DNA of 64,000 nt. Origin: an uncultured Spirochaetota bacterium (GTDB taxonomy: Bacteria; Spirochaetota; Spirochaetia; SZUA-6; CAVTHK01). Each line of letters starts with the position of its first letter. Positions within the stretch are counted from its first letter, which is position 1. Made by a program: the position numbers and the translations under genes. The DNA is taken from assembly GCA_963734495.1 (NCBI GenBank), contig CAVTHK010000016.1:64001-128000 (forward strand). The letters are read 5' to 3'. Below are positions 52,288 through 62,681 of the stretch, piece after piece. Under the pieces are notes generated by a model. That model ran no database searches and was not told the DNA's origin. It was given only the letters and a program-made list of their open reading frames with translations.

Positions 52288-52539
52288 GTGTCGGACGCGC
52301 AGAAGATGATGAACCGCCTGACACCCCGCGAGCAGGAGGTGCTCCTCCTGCTCGTCCACGGCAAGGATAACGTTGGTATCGGCGAGACTTTGGGCATCAG
52401 CGAGCGCACCGTGCGGAACTACGTGAGCCGCATCTACGACGTCCTCGGGGTGCACAACCGCGCGCAGGCCGTCGCGTGGGCGCAGGCGCATTCGCCGCGG
52501 ATGAACGCACTGCACGATCGGGACCTGAACATGACGTGA
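52288..52539 (+). CDS. Stand-alone LuxR/GerE HTH protein or remnant
   Basis: LTPREQEVL.LL..G..N..I...LGISERTVRNYVS.IY..LGV.NRAQAV. Confidence 0.75.
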   Translation: MSDAQKMMNRLTPREQEVLLLLVHGKDNVGIGETLGISERTVRNYVSRIYDVLGVHNRAQAVAWAQAHSPRMNALHDRDLNMT

Positions 52540-52691
52540 GCGTTGCCGGCACAGCCACACAGCGTGTTCGGCTGCATCGACGATGCCCGATGGGTTGACT
52601 ACATTCGACACGTGCGTCAATCTCGGGCGCGTTCCGATGGCTGTAACGTGAGCCGGGCGAACGGCCTGGACGGGTGAGGAGACAGGACTTC

Positions 52692-53936
52692 ATGGTTTAC
52701 AACGAGCTGGGACGGTCGGGCCTCAAGGTATCTGAGCTGGCGATGGGCGGGACGACCGCTACCGGCAAGTACGGGTCCGAAGAGCAGCACCGCGAGTTCC
52801 GCGCGGGCATCGAGCGGGCCGTGGAGCTGGGGATCAACCTGTTCGACACGGCCGAATCCTACGGCGACGGCGAGTCGGAGCGGCTGGTCGGGGAGGCGCT
52901 CAAGCCAGTGAGGGACCGCGTCCTGATCGCCAGCAAGGTGGCTTTCAGGAACCTCAAGCGCGACGACGCCAAGAGGGCGTGCGAGAACAGTCTTCAGCGC
53001 CTCCAGACCGACCGGATCGACGTGTACTTCATACACCGTCCGAATCCCGAGGTGCGCGTCGAGGAGACCATGGAGGCCTTGGTCGAGCTCAAGGAGCGGG
53101 GGCTGATCAAAGCGATCGGGCTGTCGAACTTCACACGAGCAGACATGGAGAAGGCGATGGCGGTCGGCCGATACGACGTCATCCAGCCCTGCTACAACCT
53201 GTTGTGGCGCAACATCGAGAAGGCCATCGTGCCCTACTGCGTCGAGCACAAGATCTCCATCGTGCCGTACAGCCCATTGGTTCAGGGCATCCTTGCGGGC
53301 AAGTTCGGGCGCGACCTGTCGCTCGACAGCATCGACACCCGCAGCCGCATCCTTCTCTTCCAGAAGGAGTGGTACGGCAAGTGCCTCGACGTCGTGGACG
53401 GCATGCGCCCGATCGCCAAGAAGCACGGCAAGTCGCTGGCCCAGGTGGCGATCAACTGGGTGCAGGCGCAGCGCGGCATCACGTCGGTGATCATTGGCGG
53501 CAGGAGCCCGAAACAGGTCGAGGAGAACGTGGGCGCCGCGGGGTGGAAGCTCACCAGGGGCGACCTTGCCACGCTCGACCAGATCTCGAGAGTCGTTACT
53601 GACAAGTTGCCGGACCAGCCCAGCTTCTGGTTCAAGTCGTATCGACCGCGTGAGATTCGCGCCCGGCCCGAGCGAAGCATCTGCGTCTCGCCGCGTGCTG
53701 ATAGGGCTGTAGTCGCCCGTCCCGCTGCGTCCCTGCCCATGGACCTCTGTGCAGGAGTCGCCTCGACCGCCGAAGTCGACTCTGACCGTCGGCAATGCGT
53801 TCGGTCGGGCTACCGGCGACGCCGCTTCACCTCGGCTTCACCTGATTCAGCCGCTACGAGGCGAAACACCGGCCGTTTGTCGCCCGGTCGCCTTCATGGG
53901 TGGCCCTTTCCTGCTCTTTCCTGCCTGCAAGTTTGA
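52692..53936 (+). CDS. Aldo/keto reductase; similarity ends near 53640 and the tail is probably run-on
   Basis: LGRSGLKVS, FDTAESYG, IASKV, SLQRLQTDRID, IGLSNF, YNLL and YSPL motifs. Confidence 0.88.
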   Translation: MVYNELGRSGLKVSELAMGGTTATGKYGSEEQHREFRAGIERAVELGINLFDTAESYGDGESERLVGEALKPVRDRVLIASKVAFRNLKRDDAKRACENSLQRLQTDRIDVYFIHRPNPEVRVEETMEALVELKERGLIKAIGLSNFTRADMEKAMAVGRYDVIQPCYNLLWRNIEKAIVPYCVEHKISIVPYSPLVQGILAGKFGRDLSLDSIDTRSRILLFQKEWYGKCLDVVDGMRPIAKKHGKSLAQVAINWVQAQRGITSVIIGGRSPKQVEENVGAAGWKLTRGDLATLDQISRVVTDKLPDQPSFWFKSYRPREIRARPERSICVSPRADRAVVARPAASLPMDLCAGVASTAEVDSDRRQCVRSGYRRRRFTSASPDSAATRRNTGRLSPGRLHGWPFPALSCLQV

Positions 53937-53961
53937 CAGCACGATGGCGCGGAGTTAGCAT
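53933..53961 (+). promoter_or_regulatory. Sigma70 promoter of the lyase/ABC operon
   Basis: TTGACA-N17-TAGCAT. Confidence 0.65.
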
Positions 53962-54009
53962 CGGGCGATGCGAACGGGATAGTTGCGCATACCACAAAAG
54001 GAGGCATCC

Positions 54010-54784
54010 GTGTCGAAGGCGAAGATCCAGCTTGAGGCCCTTGCGAGCATCGACGTGGGCGGCCGGATAGGCCAGCTCAGAGCGGTCCCAGTGACCCTCG
54101 GTCCGGGGCAGCCCAAAGCGGTCGCCGCGTTCTACTGTGCGGATCAGCGCAGCGTGGATCCCTCGATCAACGGATTCTATTTCCCCAGGGACAACTACAA
54201 GCTGGTTGTCTTCACGGAGAAGGGCGAGCTGCTCTGGAAGCGGGAGATAAGCACGGGAGTGGTCCCGGGCAACTCCTTTTGTCCTCTGTTCTCCCTGGAC
54301 CTGGACGGGAACGGCGTGGACGAGCTTTGGTACGTCAACAACATCAGCGAGCACCATCCCTTTCAAACCAGCAACTACCGGTTGGAGCGCGTGGATGCCA
54401 GGACCGGACAAACGATGGGGCAGTGGCAGTGGCCCGAATACGACCCGGACCAGCAGCAGGGCAATCGTTTCCGCAACTTCATATTTGGCGGGTACGTCAA
54501 AGGCAAACCGGTCCTGGTGACGGCGCAGGGTACGTACCGCAACATGTTCCTGCAGGCCTGGCACGTGGACATGACCGAGAAGTGGAACCTCACGATCTCC
54601 AAGGACGCCCCCGGCGCTCGCGGAAGCCACATGCTGTCGATCACAGATCTCGATGGCGACGGCATCGAGGAGGTGATGTGGGGCGAGCGCTGCATAGAGT
54701 TGGACCGCGGGACGGAGCTGTTCTGCGCGGAAAGGAACTCGTGGCACGGCCACTCGGACATAGTGCAGCCATTCTACGACAAGC
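54010..54784 (+). pseudogene. Rhamnogalacturonan lyase (PL11)-like beta-propeller, 3' deleted
   Basis: RBS AGGAGG and GTG start; DLDGNGVDE and DLDGDGIEE Ca-binding repeats, ARGSH and GHSD motifs; joins ABC SBP sequence abruptly. Confidence 0.6.
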
Positions 54785-55980
54785 GGCTTCAACACGTGGG
54801 TGCAGTACTACCTGGAAAGTCCAACACGCGCATAACCCGGCACTGCCGACCGTGCGCGCCTGGAACATCAAGTCAGCCGCGGATTCGCCTATCGTAGTAT
54901 TCGACCGAAATCCGTACTACTGGGTGGTGGACACCGCGGGAAACCAACTGCCGTATATCGACAACCTCTCGTGCTCGCTCAGTTCCAACACGGAAATGGT
55001 AACGATGAAGGGGGTCAACGGAGAGGTCGACTTCCAGGCGAGACACATCCAGCTCAAGAACTACACGCTGCTCAAGAAGAACGAGGAGCGCGGAGGATAC
55101 CGCGTGGCGCTGTGGTCCGGCGATACGACCATGCCTGTCATCTTCTTCAGCCAGAGCTACCGCGGCGACGCCTTCATGGAGAGCCTCCTCCACAGCGACA
55201 AGTTCCGCAAAGCGCTGTCCCTGGCGATCAACAGGCAGGAAATCAACGAGATTTCGTTTCTGGGGCTGGGGAAGATCCGGCAGGCCAGCCTGCTGTCCAG
55301 CGACCGCTACTACGATGCGGAATGGGAGAGCGAGTACACCGCCTACGAGCCGGCCAAAGCAGCCGCCATGCTGGACGAAGTCAGGTTGAAGAAGGGGCCC
55401 GACGGGTTCAGGCTCCGACCGGATGGCGCCCGATTCGATGTCCTTCTCGAGATCACGGACACTGGTTTGTTCGCGGCCGACACCGTGGAGCTTGTTCGCA
55501 AGAACTCGGAAGCCGTCGGCGTCAAGACCAACATCAAGACGATGGACCGGTCGGTGTACACCCAGCGCGACCAGTCGAACGCGCTGGCGATCAGCGTCTA
55601 CTCCTGTGGGTACTTCTTCTATTCCGAGCTTCGCAAGCTAGTTCCCAACTTCCTGGCCGTCGACTCCTGGTCCAACGGCCATGCGCAGTGGCTGCTCACA
55701 AATGGCGCAAAAGGTGTCGCTCCCGAGGGTGACATGGCGCGTCTCTACGAACTGTACAAGGACCTGCAGGCCGCCGACCCCCAGAAACGTGACATCATCG
55801 CCAAGGAGATCGTGTCGCTGCACAAGAAGAACCTGTGGATGGTCGGGGTCGCCACGACGCCGTACGTGGCCGTGGTAAGCAGCGCGTTGCACAACGTGCC
55901 TCCGGAGTCGTTCGTCTACTCATGGCTTTTCATCGCCCCGAGGCATAGCGAGCCGCGCAGTTGTTCTTCAGCGATCCAAG
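54785..55980 (+). pseudogene. Family 5 ABC substrate-binding protein, 5' deleted
   Basis: PTVRAW, RNPYYW.VDTAGNQLPYID, GEVDFQARH and FRKALSLAINR.EI motifs; no signal peptide or N-terminal half. Confidence 0.8.
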
Positions 55981-56086
55981 CGAAGGGAAGAGTGACGCGG
56001 CCGCGTCGGATTGACGTGTCGGAGATCGCACAGCGGTGATAGGGTACGACAATGCACCGATCACCTGTAGCCACCGAGGGAGCGGC

Positions 56087-56505
56087 ATGTTCCGTTACCT
56101 GCTCAGACGATTCTCAGATGGTTCCGACGCTCGTGATCATATCGGTCATCAGCTTCGTGATCATACAGCTTCTCGGGACTATCTCACGACTACACGGAAT
56201 GGGTGGGGCCGTCTATCGGGCAGAAAGCGCTATGGCAAAGTAAGCGAAGCATCTGCGAAGACCGCTTCGCGTCGCCTCATACCTTTGGGCGACCGCGGGC
56301 GGCAGCTCACATCTGGTGTCGGGAGTGACGATCGTGGCGTTGTGCTCAGCCTGCCACGGCGGGTCCGCTGTTGATCCGTTCGCTCATGAGCAGGATATGT
56401 ACCTGGCCGGCACGCTGATCATGCTGCTCAGCGCCTGACTGTCATCGGTACGCTGATCTCGATGTGCTTCTCGTGTGGCTCGACCGCGTATTCGTCTCGA
56501 GGCGT
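56087..56505 (+). pseudogene. OppB-like permease remnant with a large internal deletion and frameshifts
   Basis: MFRYLLRR/VPTLVIISVISFVIIQL and QDMYLAG...TVIGTLIS..LLVWLD fall only about 400 bp apart. Confidence 0.8.
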
Positions 56506-56507
56506 CT

Positions 56508-57113
56508 ATGGAGATTGCCGCGTGACAGACGCCGCGACACCGAATATCGCTCGCCTGTCACATTCAGATCGTCGGTACCGCTTCAAGAAGCATCGGCTGG
56601 CGGTGGTTTCGGTGTTGTTCCTCGCTGTCATCTACGCCGTGGCGCTTTCTGCGAAATTCTTCGCGCCTTACGACGGACGACACGGGCGCTGAGGGTCACC
56701 AGCCGCCGCAGGCGATTGAGTTGGACAGGGCTCGCGCGAGTCGTGCGCAGCAAGTTCCTGTCGTTGCGCAAAGAAGAGTTCGTGATGGCCGCGCTTCTTT
56801 CCGGCAATTCTCACTATCGCCTCATCTTCCGGCACATGGTGCCAACTTCACCAGTCACATCATCGCTTCCCTGACGCTCGCATACCGCACATGATACTTT
56901 CGGAGACGTCTTTGAGCTTTCTCGGTCCGGCCTGCGGCCGCCGGCGGTGAGCTGGGGTGTTCTTCTACAAAGCGCCAGAATATCCGGTCGGTGGCGTACG
57001 CCCGTGGCTCTTCTGCCCGGAGTAGCCGTGATCGTGACGGTGCTGGCATTCAATTTCCTCGGAGACGGCATCAGGGACGCGGCCGATCTTTCGGCGAGGG
57101 GCGGTGAGGGTAG
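56508..57113 (+). pseudogene. OppC-like permease remnant
   Basis: RFKKHRLAVVS, WTGLARVVRSKFLSLR.EEFV, SWGVLL and FNFLGDGIRDAAD spread over several frames. Confidence 0.8.
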
Positions 57114-57115
57114 CC

Positions 57116-58180
57116 ATGGATCGACTGCTCGAAGTCGAAAATCTCAAGACCTACTTCTATTCTGATTTCGGCGCAGTGGCCAAGGCGCTGGACGGAGTGG
57201 ACATCTCGGTTGCCGCCGGACAGATCCACGGCCTGGTCGGCGAGAGCGGGTGCGGAAGAGCGTGACCGCCCGCACAGACGGCGAATCCTCGATCGAGAAG
57301 CAGGATCGTCGACGGTCGCATTCTGTACTATCGCAACCTGTTTCCTTCGCCGGTCGACCTGGCGCAGCTCGACGCTACGGACGAGATGGTTCAGCGGCCC
57401 GACGACATTTCGATGGTGTTCCAGGAGCCGCAGTCCTCGTTCAGCCCCGTATACACGATCGGCAACCAGATCATGGAAGCCATCGTCCTGCACCAGGGCC
57501 TGGACAGGGACGCGGCCCGAAAACGAGCGATACAGGCACTGGAGGAAGTCGGGATGCCGAAAGCTTCCCAGACCGTCGACAGCTATCCGCATCAGTTGAG
57601 CGGCGGGATGCGGCAGCGCGCCATGATCGCCATGGCCTTGAGCTGCAATCCACGGCTGCTGATCGCGGACGAGCCGACCACCGCTCTCGATGTGACGATA
57701 CAGGCGCAGATTCTCGAGCTTCTCCTCGGCCTGCAGAAAGCACGCGCGATGTCGATACTGATCATCACCCACGCGATGGGAGTCATCGCGGAGACCGCTC
57801 AGGTGGTTTCCGTGATGTACCTCGGGAAGGTGGTCGAAAGCGCTTTCGTCGACGAGATCTTCAGAAACCCGCTGCATCGCTACGCGCGCAGCCTCTTGAA
57901 GGCGATACCCAGCGTCGAACGGCGCAAGAGCGACAGGCTCTACTCTATTGAAGGGACCGTGCCGGATGCCTCCGATGTTCCTCCCGGATGCCCGTTCCAT
58001 CCACGCTGTCCCGAAGCCCGGCCGGGAGTGTGCAGCGAGCTGCCGCCAGCAGTCGCCGAGCCGGCGGCGGGGCATCGCGTCAGGTGCCTGCAGTTCGACA
58101 AGACGGTGTCCCATGCCTGGAGTCCCTGCTTCAGATCAGCAGTCTCACCAAGCATTTCCCGGTACGCCGCGGCGGCCTGA
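57116..58180 (+). pseudogene. OppD-like ABC ATPase with frameshifts
   Basis: MDRLLEVENLKTYF..GESGCGK then frame breaks; YPHQLSGGMRQR and ADEPTTALD in ORF 57386-58180. Confidence 0.8.
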
Positions 58181-59127
58181 GCGCAGTCACCGGTCAGGTG
58201 AAGGCTGTAGACGACGTGAGCTTCGAGATAGGCCATGGGGAGACGCTCGGGCTCGTCGGGGAGAGCGGATGCGGCAAGAGCACCACGGCCAGAGTGATCC
58301 TGCGTGGGTATGAGCCGACATCCGGTGCTGCCCTTTTTGACTGGGGCGATGGCTCGACGCCTCAGGATGTCTTCCGGCTCGACGCGAGAGGCATGAAGCG
58401 CTTCCGAAGGGAAGCTCAGATGATCTTCCAGGATCCCTATTCGTCCCTCAACCCTCGCATGACCGTCAAGGAGATCGTCGGTGATCCTCTCGTCGCAAAC
58501 CGGATGGCAAAGGGACGGCAACTGGAAGACCGCGTGAGCGAGATGCTCAGCAAGGTAGGGCTGATGCCGGAGCACATGAGCCGCTATCCGCACGCGTTCA
58601 GCGGAGGACAACGGCAGAGGATCGCCATCGCGCGGGCGCTGGTCTTTAATCCCCGTTTTGTGGCGTGCGACGAGCCGGTTTCCGCGCTCGACGTCTCGGT
58701 CCAGGCGCAGATCCTGAACCTGCTCGAAGAGCTCCAGGGCGACCTCAGATTGACGTACCTGTTCATCTCACACGATCTGAGCGTAATTCGCCACATGTGC
58801 GATCGTGTCGCCGTGATGTACGTTGGCCGCATCGTCGAGCTCGCTGAAACGGAAGAAGTGTTCGCGCATCCCAGGCACCCGTACACAGAGGCCCTGCTTT
58901 CGGCAGTTCCCCGGACCGATCCCCAGCGAAAGACGAGGCGCATCGTGCTCGAGGGCGAGGTCGCCGATCCCTCGAATCCGCCGGCGGGCTGTCCATTCCA
59001 TCCGCGGTGCCGCTACGTTGACGGAGTGTGCTCCACGAAAAGGCCGTTGCTGCGGCAGGCAGGCGAGGTGCAGGGCCATCTGGTCGCGTGCCACTTCGAT
59101 TCTTCGCTGACGCTGCGCGGGCTGTAG
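58113..59127 (+). CDS. OppF-like ABC ATPase (start region uncertain)
   Basis: [27 protein letters not shown] and GCPFHPRC motifs. Confidence 0.85.
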
Positions 59128-59208
59128 GGGTCAGGAACCGGCATGGCGCGGTCGGCTGGTAACGCCCCCACGCCGGCTCAGGCGGAATCTTGGGGAAGGA
59201 AGAAGAGC

Positions 59209-60489
59209 ATGAGCAGCGGGACTATTCACGAAGCCTCCCGGGAAACCCCGGTGTCAGACGAAGTCGACGTTCTTGTCGTGGGCGCCGGTCCGGCCGGTAT
59301 CGGCGCTGCAGTGGGGGCAGCGCGGACGGGCGCGCGGACCCTGCTGGTCGAGAAGCACGGGTGCGTCGGCGGCATGTTGACGGCCGGCAGCGTGCTCAAC
59401 ATGAGGACCTTTAACGACGGCAGGAGACAGGTGATCGGCGGCGTCGGTGCAGAGCTCGTCGAAAGGATTCGCGCCGCGGGAGGGACGGAAAACACCGTGG
59501 AGACGGGCCCTCTGGTGCGGCATGACCCGGAGATCACCAAGTTCGTCGCGCAGGAGCTGGTGTTGTCTTCGGGAGCTCGTCTACTGCTTCACACGTTCGT
59601 GGCGGGAGCGGTGCTCGTCGGGCAGGATCTACGAGGGATCATTGTCGAGAACAAGGACGGTCGCGTTGCGATCCTCGCCGCGGTGACTGTGGATGCTACA
59701 GGCGACGGCGACGTTATCTGCCGTGCCGGAGCTGCCTTCGAAAAGGCGGTCGAGGATCTTCAACCCATGACGCTCGCCTTCGTGATCGGCGGTGTGAGGT
59801 CCTGGCCTCGCGTGCTGCCGCCTGAAGTCAGGGAGAAGATCGAGCGCGCGATTGCCGAAGACGAGTTCCCGACTACCCGGCCTCCGGCGCTGTTCCCGCT
59901 GCTGCACGAAGGCTACATGTACGCAAACGCGACCAGAATCCCCGGTGACTGCACGCGGGCTGCCGACCTGACGAACGGCGAGGTCGAAGGCCGCCGCCAG
60001 GCGTTTGCCCTCCTCGAGTGGCTGCGCGAGAACGCTCCCGGGTACGAGACTGCCCACATAGTGAGCAGTGGGGCCCAGGTCGGACTGCGCGAGAGTCGAC
60101 GCCTGGTCGGCTGCTCCACGCTCTCGCGCGACGACGTCTTCAGCCGCGAAGAGCGCGCCGACACGGTGGCACGCGGCGCCTACGCTATCGACATACACAG
60201 CCCGGGCAAGGGCACCGAAATGGTCTGGCTCGAGCCGGGAATGAGTTACTGCATTCCGTACGGGTGCCTCGTTCCGAAGGTCGTAAACGGGCTCCTCGCC
60301 GCAGGTAGATGCCTGTCTGCCTCGCATGACGCGCTGGGCTCTGCCCGGGCGATCGCCACCTGCACGGCAACTGGCCATGCCGCCGGCGTCGCAGCGGCCC
60401 TGTCGGCGGCGAAACACTGCCAACCGCGGGACCTGAATGTCCAGGAGTTGCGCGAAGTCCTTCTGGCGCAAGGCGCGATCCTGATCTAG
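59209..60489 (+). CDS. FAD-dependent oxidoreductase (PF12831-like)
   Basis: DVLVVGAGPAG, DATGDGD, GLRESRR, IPY.CLVP and AGRCLSA.H motifs. Confidence 0.9.
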   Translation: MSSGTIHEASRETPVSDEVDVLVVGAGPAGIGAAVGAARTGARTLLVEKHGCVGGMLTAGSVLNMRTFNDGRRQVIGGVGAELVERIRAAGGTENTVETGPLVRHDPEITKFVAQELVLSSGARLLLHTFVAGAVLVGQDLRGIIVENKDGRVAILAAVTVDATGDGDVICRAGAAFEKAVEDLQPMTLAFVIGGVRSWPRVLPPEVREKIERAIAEDEFPTTRPPALFPLLHEGYMYANATRIPGDCTRAADLTNGEVEGRRQAFALLEWLRENAPGYETAHIVSSGAQVGLRESRRLVGCSTLSRDDVFSREERADTVARGAYAIDIHSPGKGTEMVWLEPGMSYCIPYGCLVPKVVNGLLAAGRCLSASHDALGSARAIATCTATGHAAGVAAALSAAKHCQPRDLNVQELREVLLAQGAILI

Positions 60490-60500
60490 CTCGTCCGCCG

Positions 60501-60636
60501 GACGCCGTTATACGGCAGGCGGAGAAGGCGGGGGCGCACGATCACCCGACCGTCGCCCGACCGCGTCTGGGGCGGCTACACCGACTGCTTGCGGGACCCG
60601 GGCGGCCACCGCTGCGAGGTCGCCCGGGTCCCCGAC
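60501..60636 (+). pseudogene. VOC/glyoxalase C-terminal remnant
   Basis: DAVIRQAEKAGA-[fs]-TITRPSPDRVWGGYTDCLRDPGGHRCEVA resembles WGGYSGYFADPDGHLWEV. Confidence 0.55.
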
Positions 60637-60665
60637 TCGCCGACTCGGGGTGTGAGCGCGCAGGC

Positions 60666-61958
60666 CTACACCAGGTGGAACTGGTGGGGGAGCCACGTCA
60701 CGATCTCGGGCACGAAGATCATGAGAATGAGTGCCACCACAAGCGCGATGATGAAAGGCCAGATGCTGCGGATGATGTCGCCCAGTGGCGTGTCGGTCAG
60801 CCCGCTGAGGATGAAGAGCACGATGCCGTAGGGGGGCGTGATGCTTCCCATCTGCACGTTCACGCACGCAAGCACTCCGAAGTAGACGAGATTGATGGCG
60901 TGCGCCTGGATCGCGGGGAGCACGAGCGGAAAGGCGACCAGAATCAGCACGTTGCCGTCGATAAAGCATCCCAGCACGAGGAATGCGAGCATGACGACGA
61001 CGAGGAACATCTGGTTGGAGAGGTTGAGGGCGTTCATCCACGCCGCGATCGCCACCGGCACCTGCTCGACGCTGATGACGAAGTTAAAGACGAGCGCCCC
61101 CGCATAGATTACCATCACGGCTGCCGTATCGCGCGCCGTCTCGACGATCGTCCTGTAGAGGCCGGACCACTTCTGATCCCTGTAGACGAACATGGTCAGC
61201 ACGATCGCGTAAGCCGCGGAGACGGCGGCAGCTTCGGTGGGCGTAAAGACGCCTGAGTAGATGCCGCCGAGGAGGATGGCTGGCGTCAGCAGCGGCATGA
61301 TCGCGCGCAGGAGATAGCGCGCGACGACTTCCAGCTTGACCGCCGGTTCGGTGGGGAAACGGTAGACCCGGGCCGCGATGTAGACGAGGACCATGAGGCA
61401 CGCGCCCATGACGAGGCCAGGGACGACGCCGGCCATGAACAACGCGCCGATCGAGGCGTCGGAGACCATGGCGTAGAGAACCATGATGATGGACGGCGGG
61501 ATGATGGGGCCGATCGTCGAGGCGGCCGCGGAGAGTGCCACGGCGAACGGCCGCGGGTACGCGCCCGTCTTGGTCATCATGCGAAAGAGGACCACGCCGA
61601 CGCCTGCGGCGTCGGCCACGCCGCTTCCGCTCATCCCGGCAAAAATGACGTTGGTGGCCACGTTGACGTAGCCGAGGCCGCCTCGGAACCGCCCGATGGT
61701 GGCTCCGATAAAGTCGAGCATGCGGTCCGTCACGCTGCCGGAGTTCATCACTTTGGCCGAGAAGATGAACAGCGGGATGGCGAGGCCGAGGAAGTTGTTG
61801 TACAGGCCGGCGACGATCTGCTGAGTGACGAAGCCGGGATCCATGTGCGTGAGCAGGACGTAGAGAAAACCGCCGCACATCATCGAGATGCCGACAGGGC
61901 ACCCGATGACCAGCAACCCCAGCATCACGAGGATCATGGCAAGCATGGCAGGATGCAT
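60666..61958 (-). CDS. dctM: TRAP transporter large permease DctM
   Basis: AIPLF, FAGMSGS..ADAA, GPIIPPSI, TPTEAA and ITPPYG motifs. Confidence 0.95.
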   Translation of the reverse strand: MHPAMLAMILVMLGLLVIGCPVGISMMCGGFLYVLLTHMDPGFVTQQIVAGLYNNFLGLAIPLFIFSAKVMNSGSVTDRMLDFIGATIGRFRGGLGYVNVATNVIFAGMSGSGVADAAGVGVVLFRMMTKTGAYPRPFAVALSAAASTIGPIIPPSIIMVLYAMVSDASIGALFMAGVVPGLVMGACLMVLVYIAARVYRFPTEPAVKLEVVARYLLRAIMPLLTPAILLGGIYSGVFTPTEAAAVSAAYAIVLTMFVYRDQKWSGLYRTIVETARDTAAVMVIYAGALVFNFVISVEQVPVAIAAWMNALNLSNQMFLVVVMLAFLVLGCFIDGNVLILVAFPLVLPAIQAHAINLVYFGVLACVNVQMGSITPPYGIVLFILSGLTDTPLGDIIRSIWPFIIALVVALILMIFVPEIVTWLPHQFHLV

Positions 61959-61974
61959 GGCGATCCCCCCAGTT

Positions 61975-62463
61975 TCAACCTTCCGTGTTTGTCTTTACGT
62001 ATTCGCGCCAGTCGGGCCGGAACAGGGCCGCCACCGACAGCACGAGGCGCAGCGTGAACGCGGCGACGAACATGGCGAACGCCCCGTAGGTCACCGACAA
62101 CGGGATGTGCAGGATCGGCGTCGACTCCCGCTGCTCGTACGCGGCAAGGCTCACGATCGCGGGCAGGGACAGGATGAGGATCGCGGCGCACGCGAGGTTC
62201 GCGACGACCGCAAAGACGCGCCTGGCCTGCGGGGGCACGACGTCGCGCACGACGGTGAATGCGACGTGACGCTTGAGAGGAACGTTAAAGGTGAGCGTAA
62301 AGAAGAGCATCAGCAGGAAGGTCACCTGGATCATCTCGACGGACCAGCTCAGCGGTGAGTCGAGCACGTAGCGGAAGAAGACTTCGACGAGAAAGACCAG
62401 GAACATCCAGGCGAAGAGCAGCGCCGACAGGGCGTTGAGAGCTTCAATCACTTTTTTCTTCAC
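61975..62463 (-). CDS. dctQ: TRAP transporter small permease DctQ
   Basis: 4 TM segments; VFFRYVL.SPLSWS.E and RHV motifs. Confidence 0.9.
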   Translation of the reverse strand: MKKKVIEALNALSALLFAWMFLVFLVEVFFRYVLDSPLSWSVEMIQVTFLLMLFFTLTFNVPLKRHVAFTVVRDVVPPQARRVFAVVANLACAAILILSLPAIVSLAAYEQRESTPILHIPLSVTYGAFAMFVAAFTLRLVLSVAALFRPDWREYVKTNTEG

Positions 62464-62505
62464 ATCAATTACCCCCTGGCCGCCCCGCGAGGGCTCGGCC
62501 GGCCT

Positions 62506-62592
62506 GCGCGACCGACCGGACCGGGCCGCACGGCGAACCCGATCCGGCCGCGCGCGACCGACCGGACCGGACCGGACCGCGCGCGACCGACC
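62506..62592. repeat. Short (GGACC)n-rich direct repeats
   Basis: GCGCGACCGACCGGACCGG at 62506 and 62552, partial copy at 62581. Confidence 0.6.
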
Positions 62593-62681
62593 TCGATCAG
62601 ACGGGTGCGCGAGCCCGCTCGCGCGGCCCCATCAGTCGCGGGACGGCTCCGCGCGAGGCGCGGCGCCGCCCCAGGCTTCCC

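Noticed and set aside
51886-52539. Genuine PLD-like N-terminus/LuxR fusion protein
   Set aside because: The linker is not protein-like; more simply a truncated gene that happens to be in frame with a small LuxR ORF
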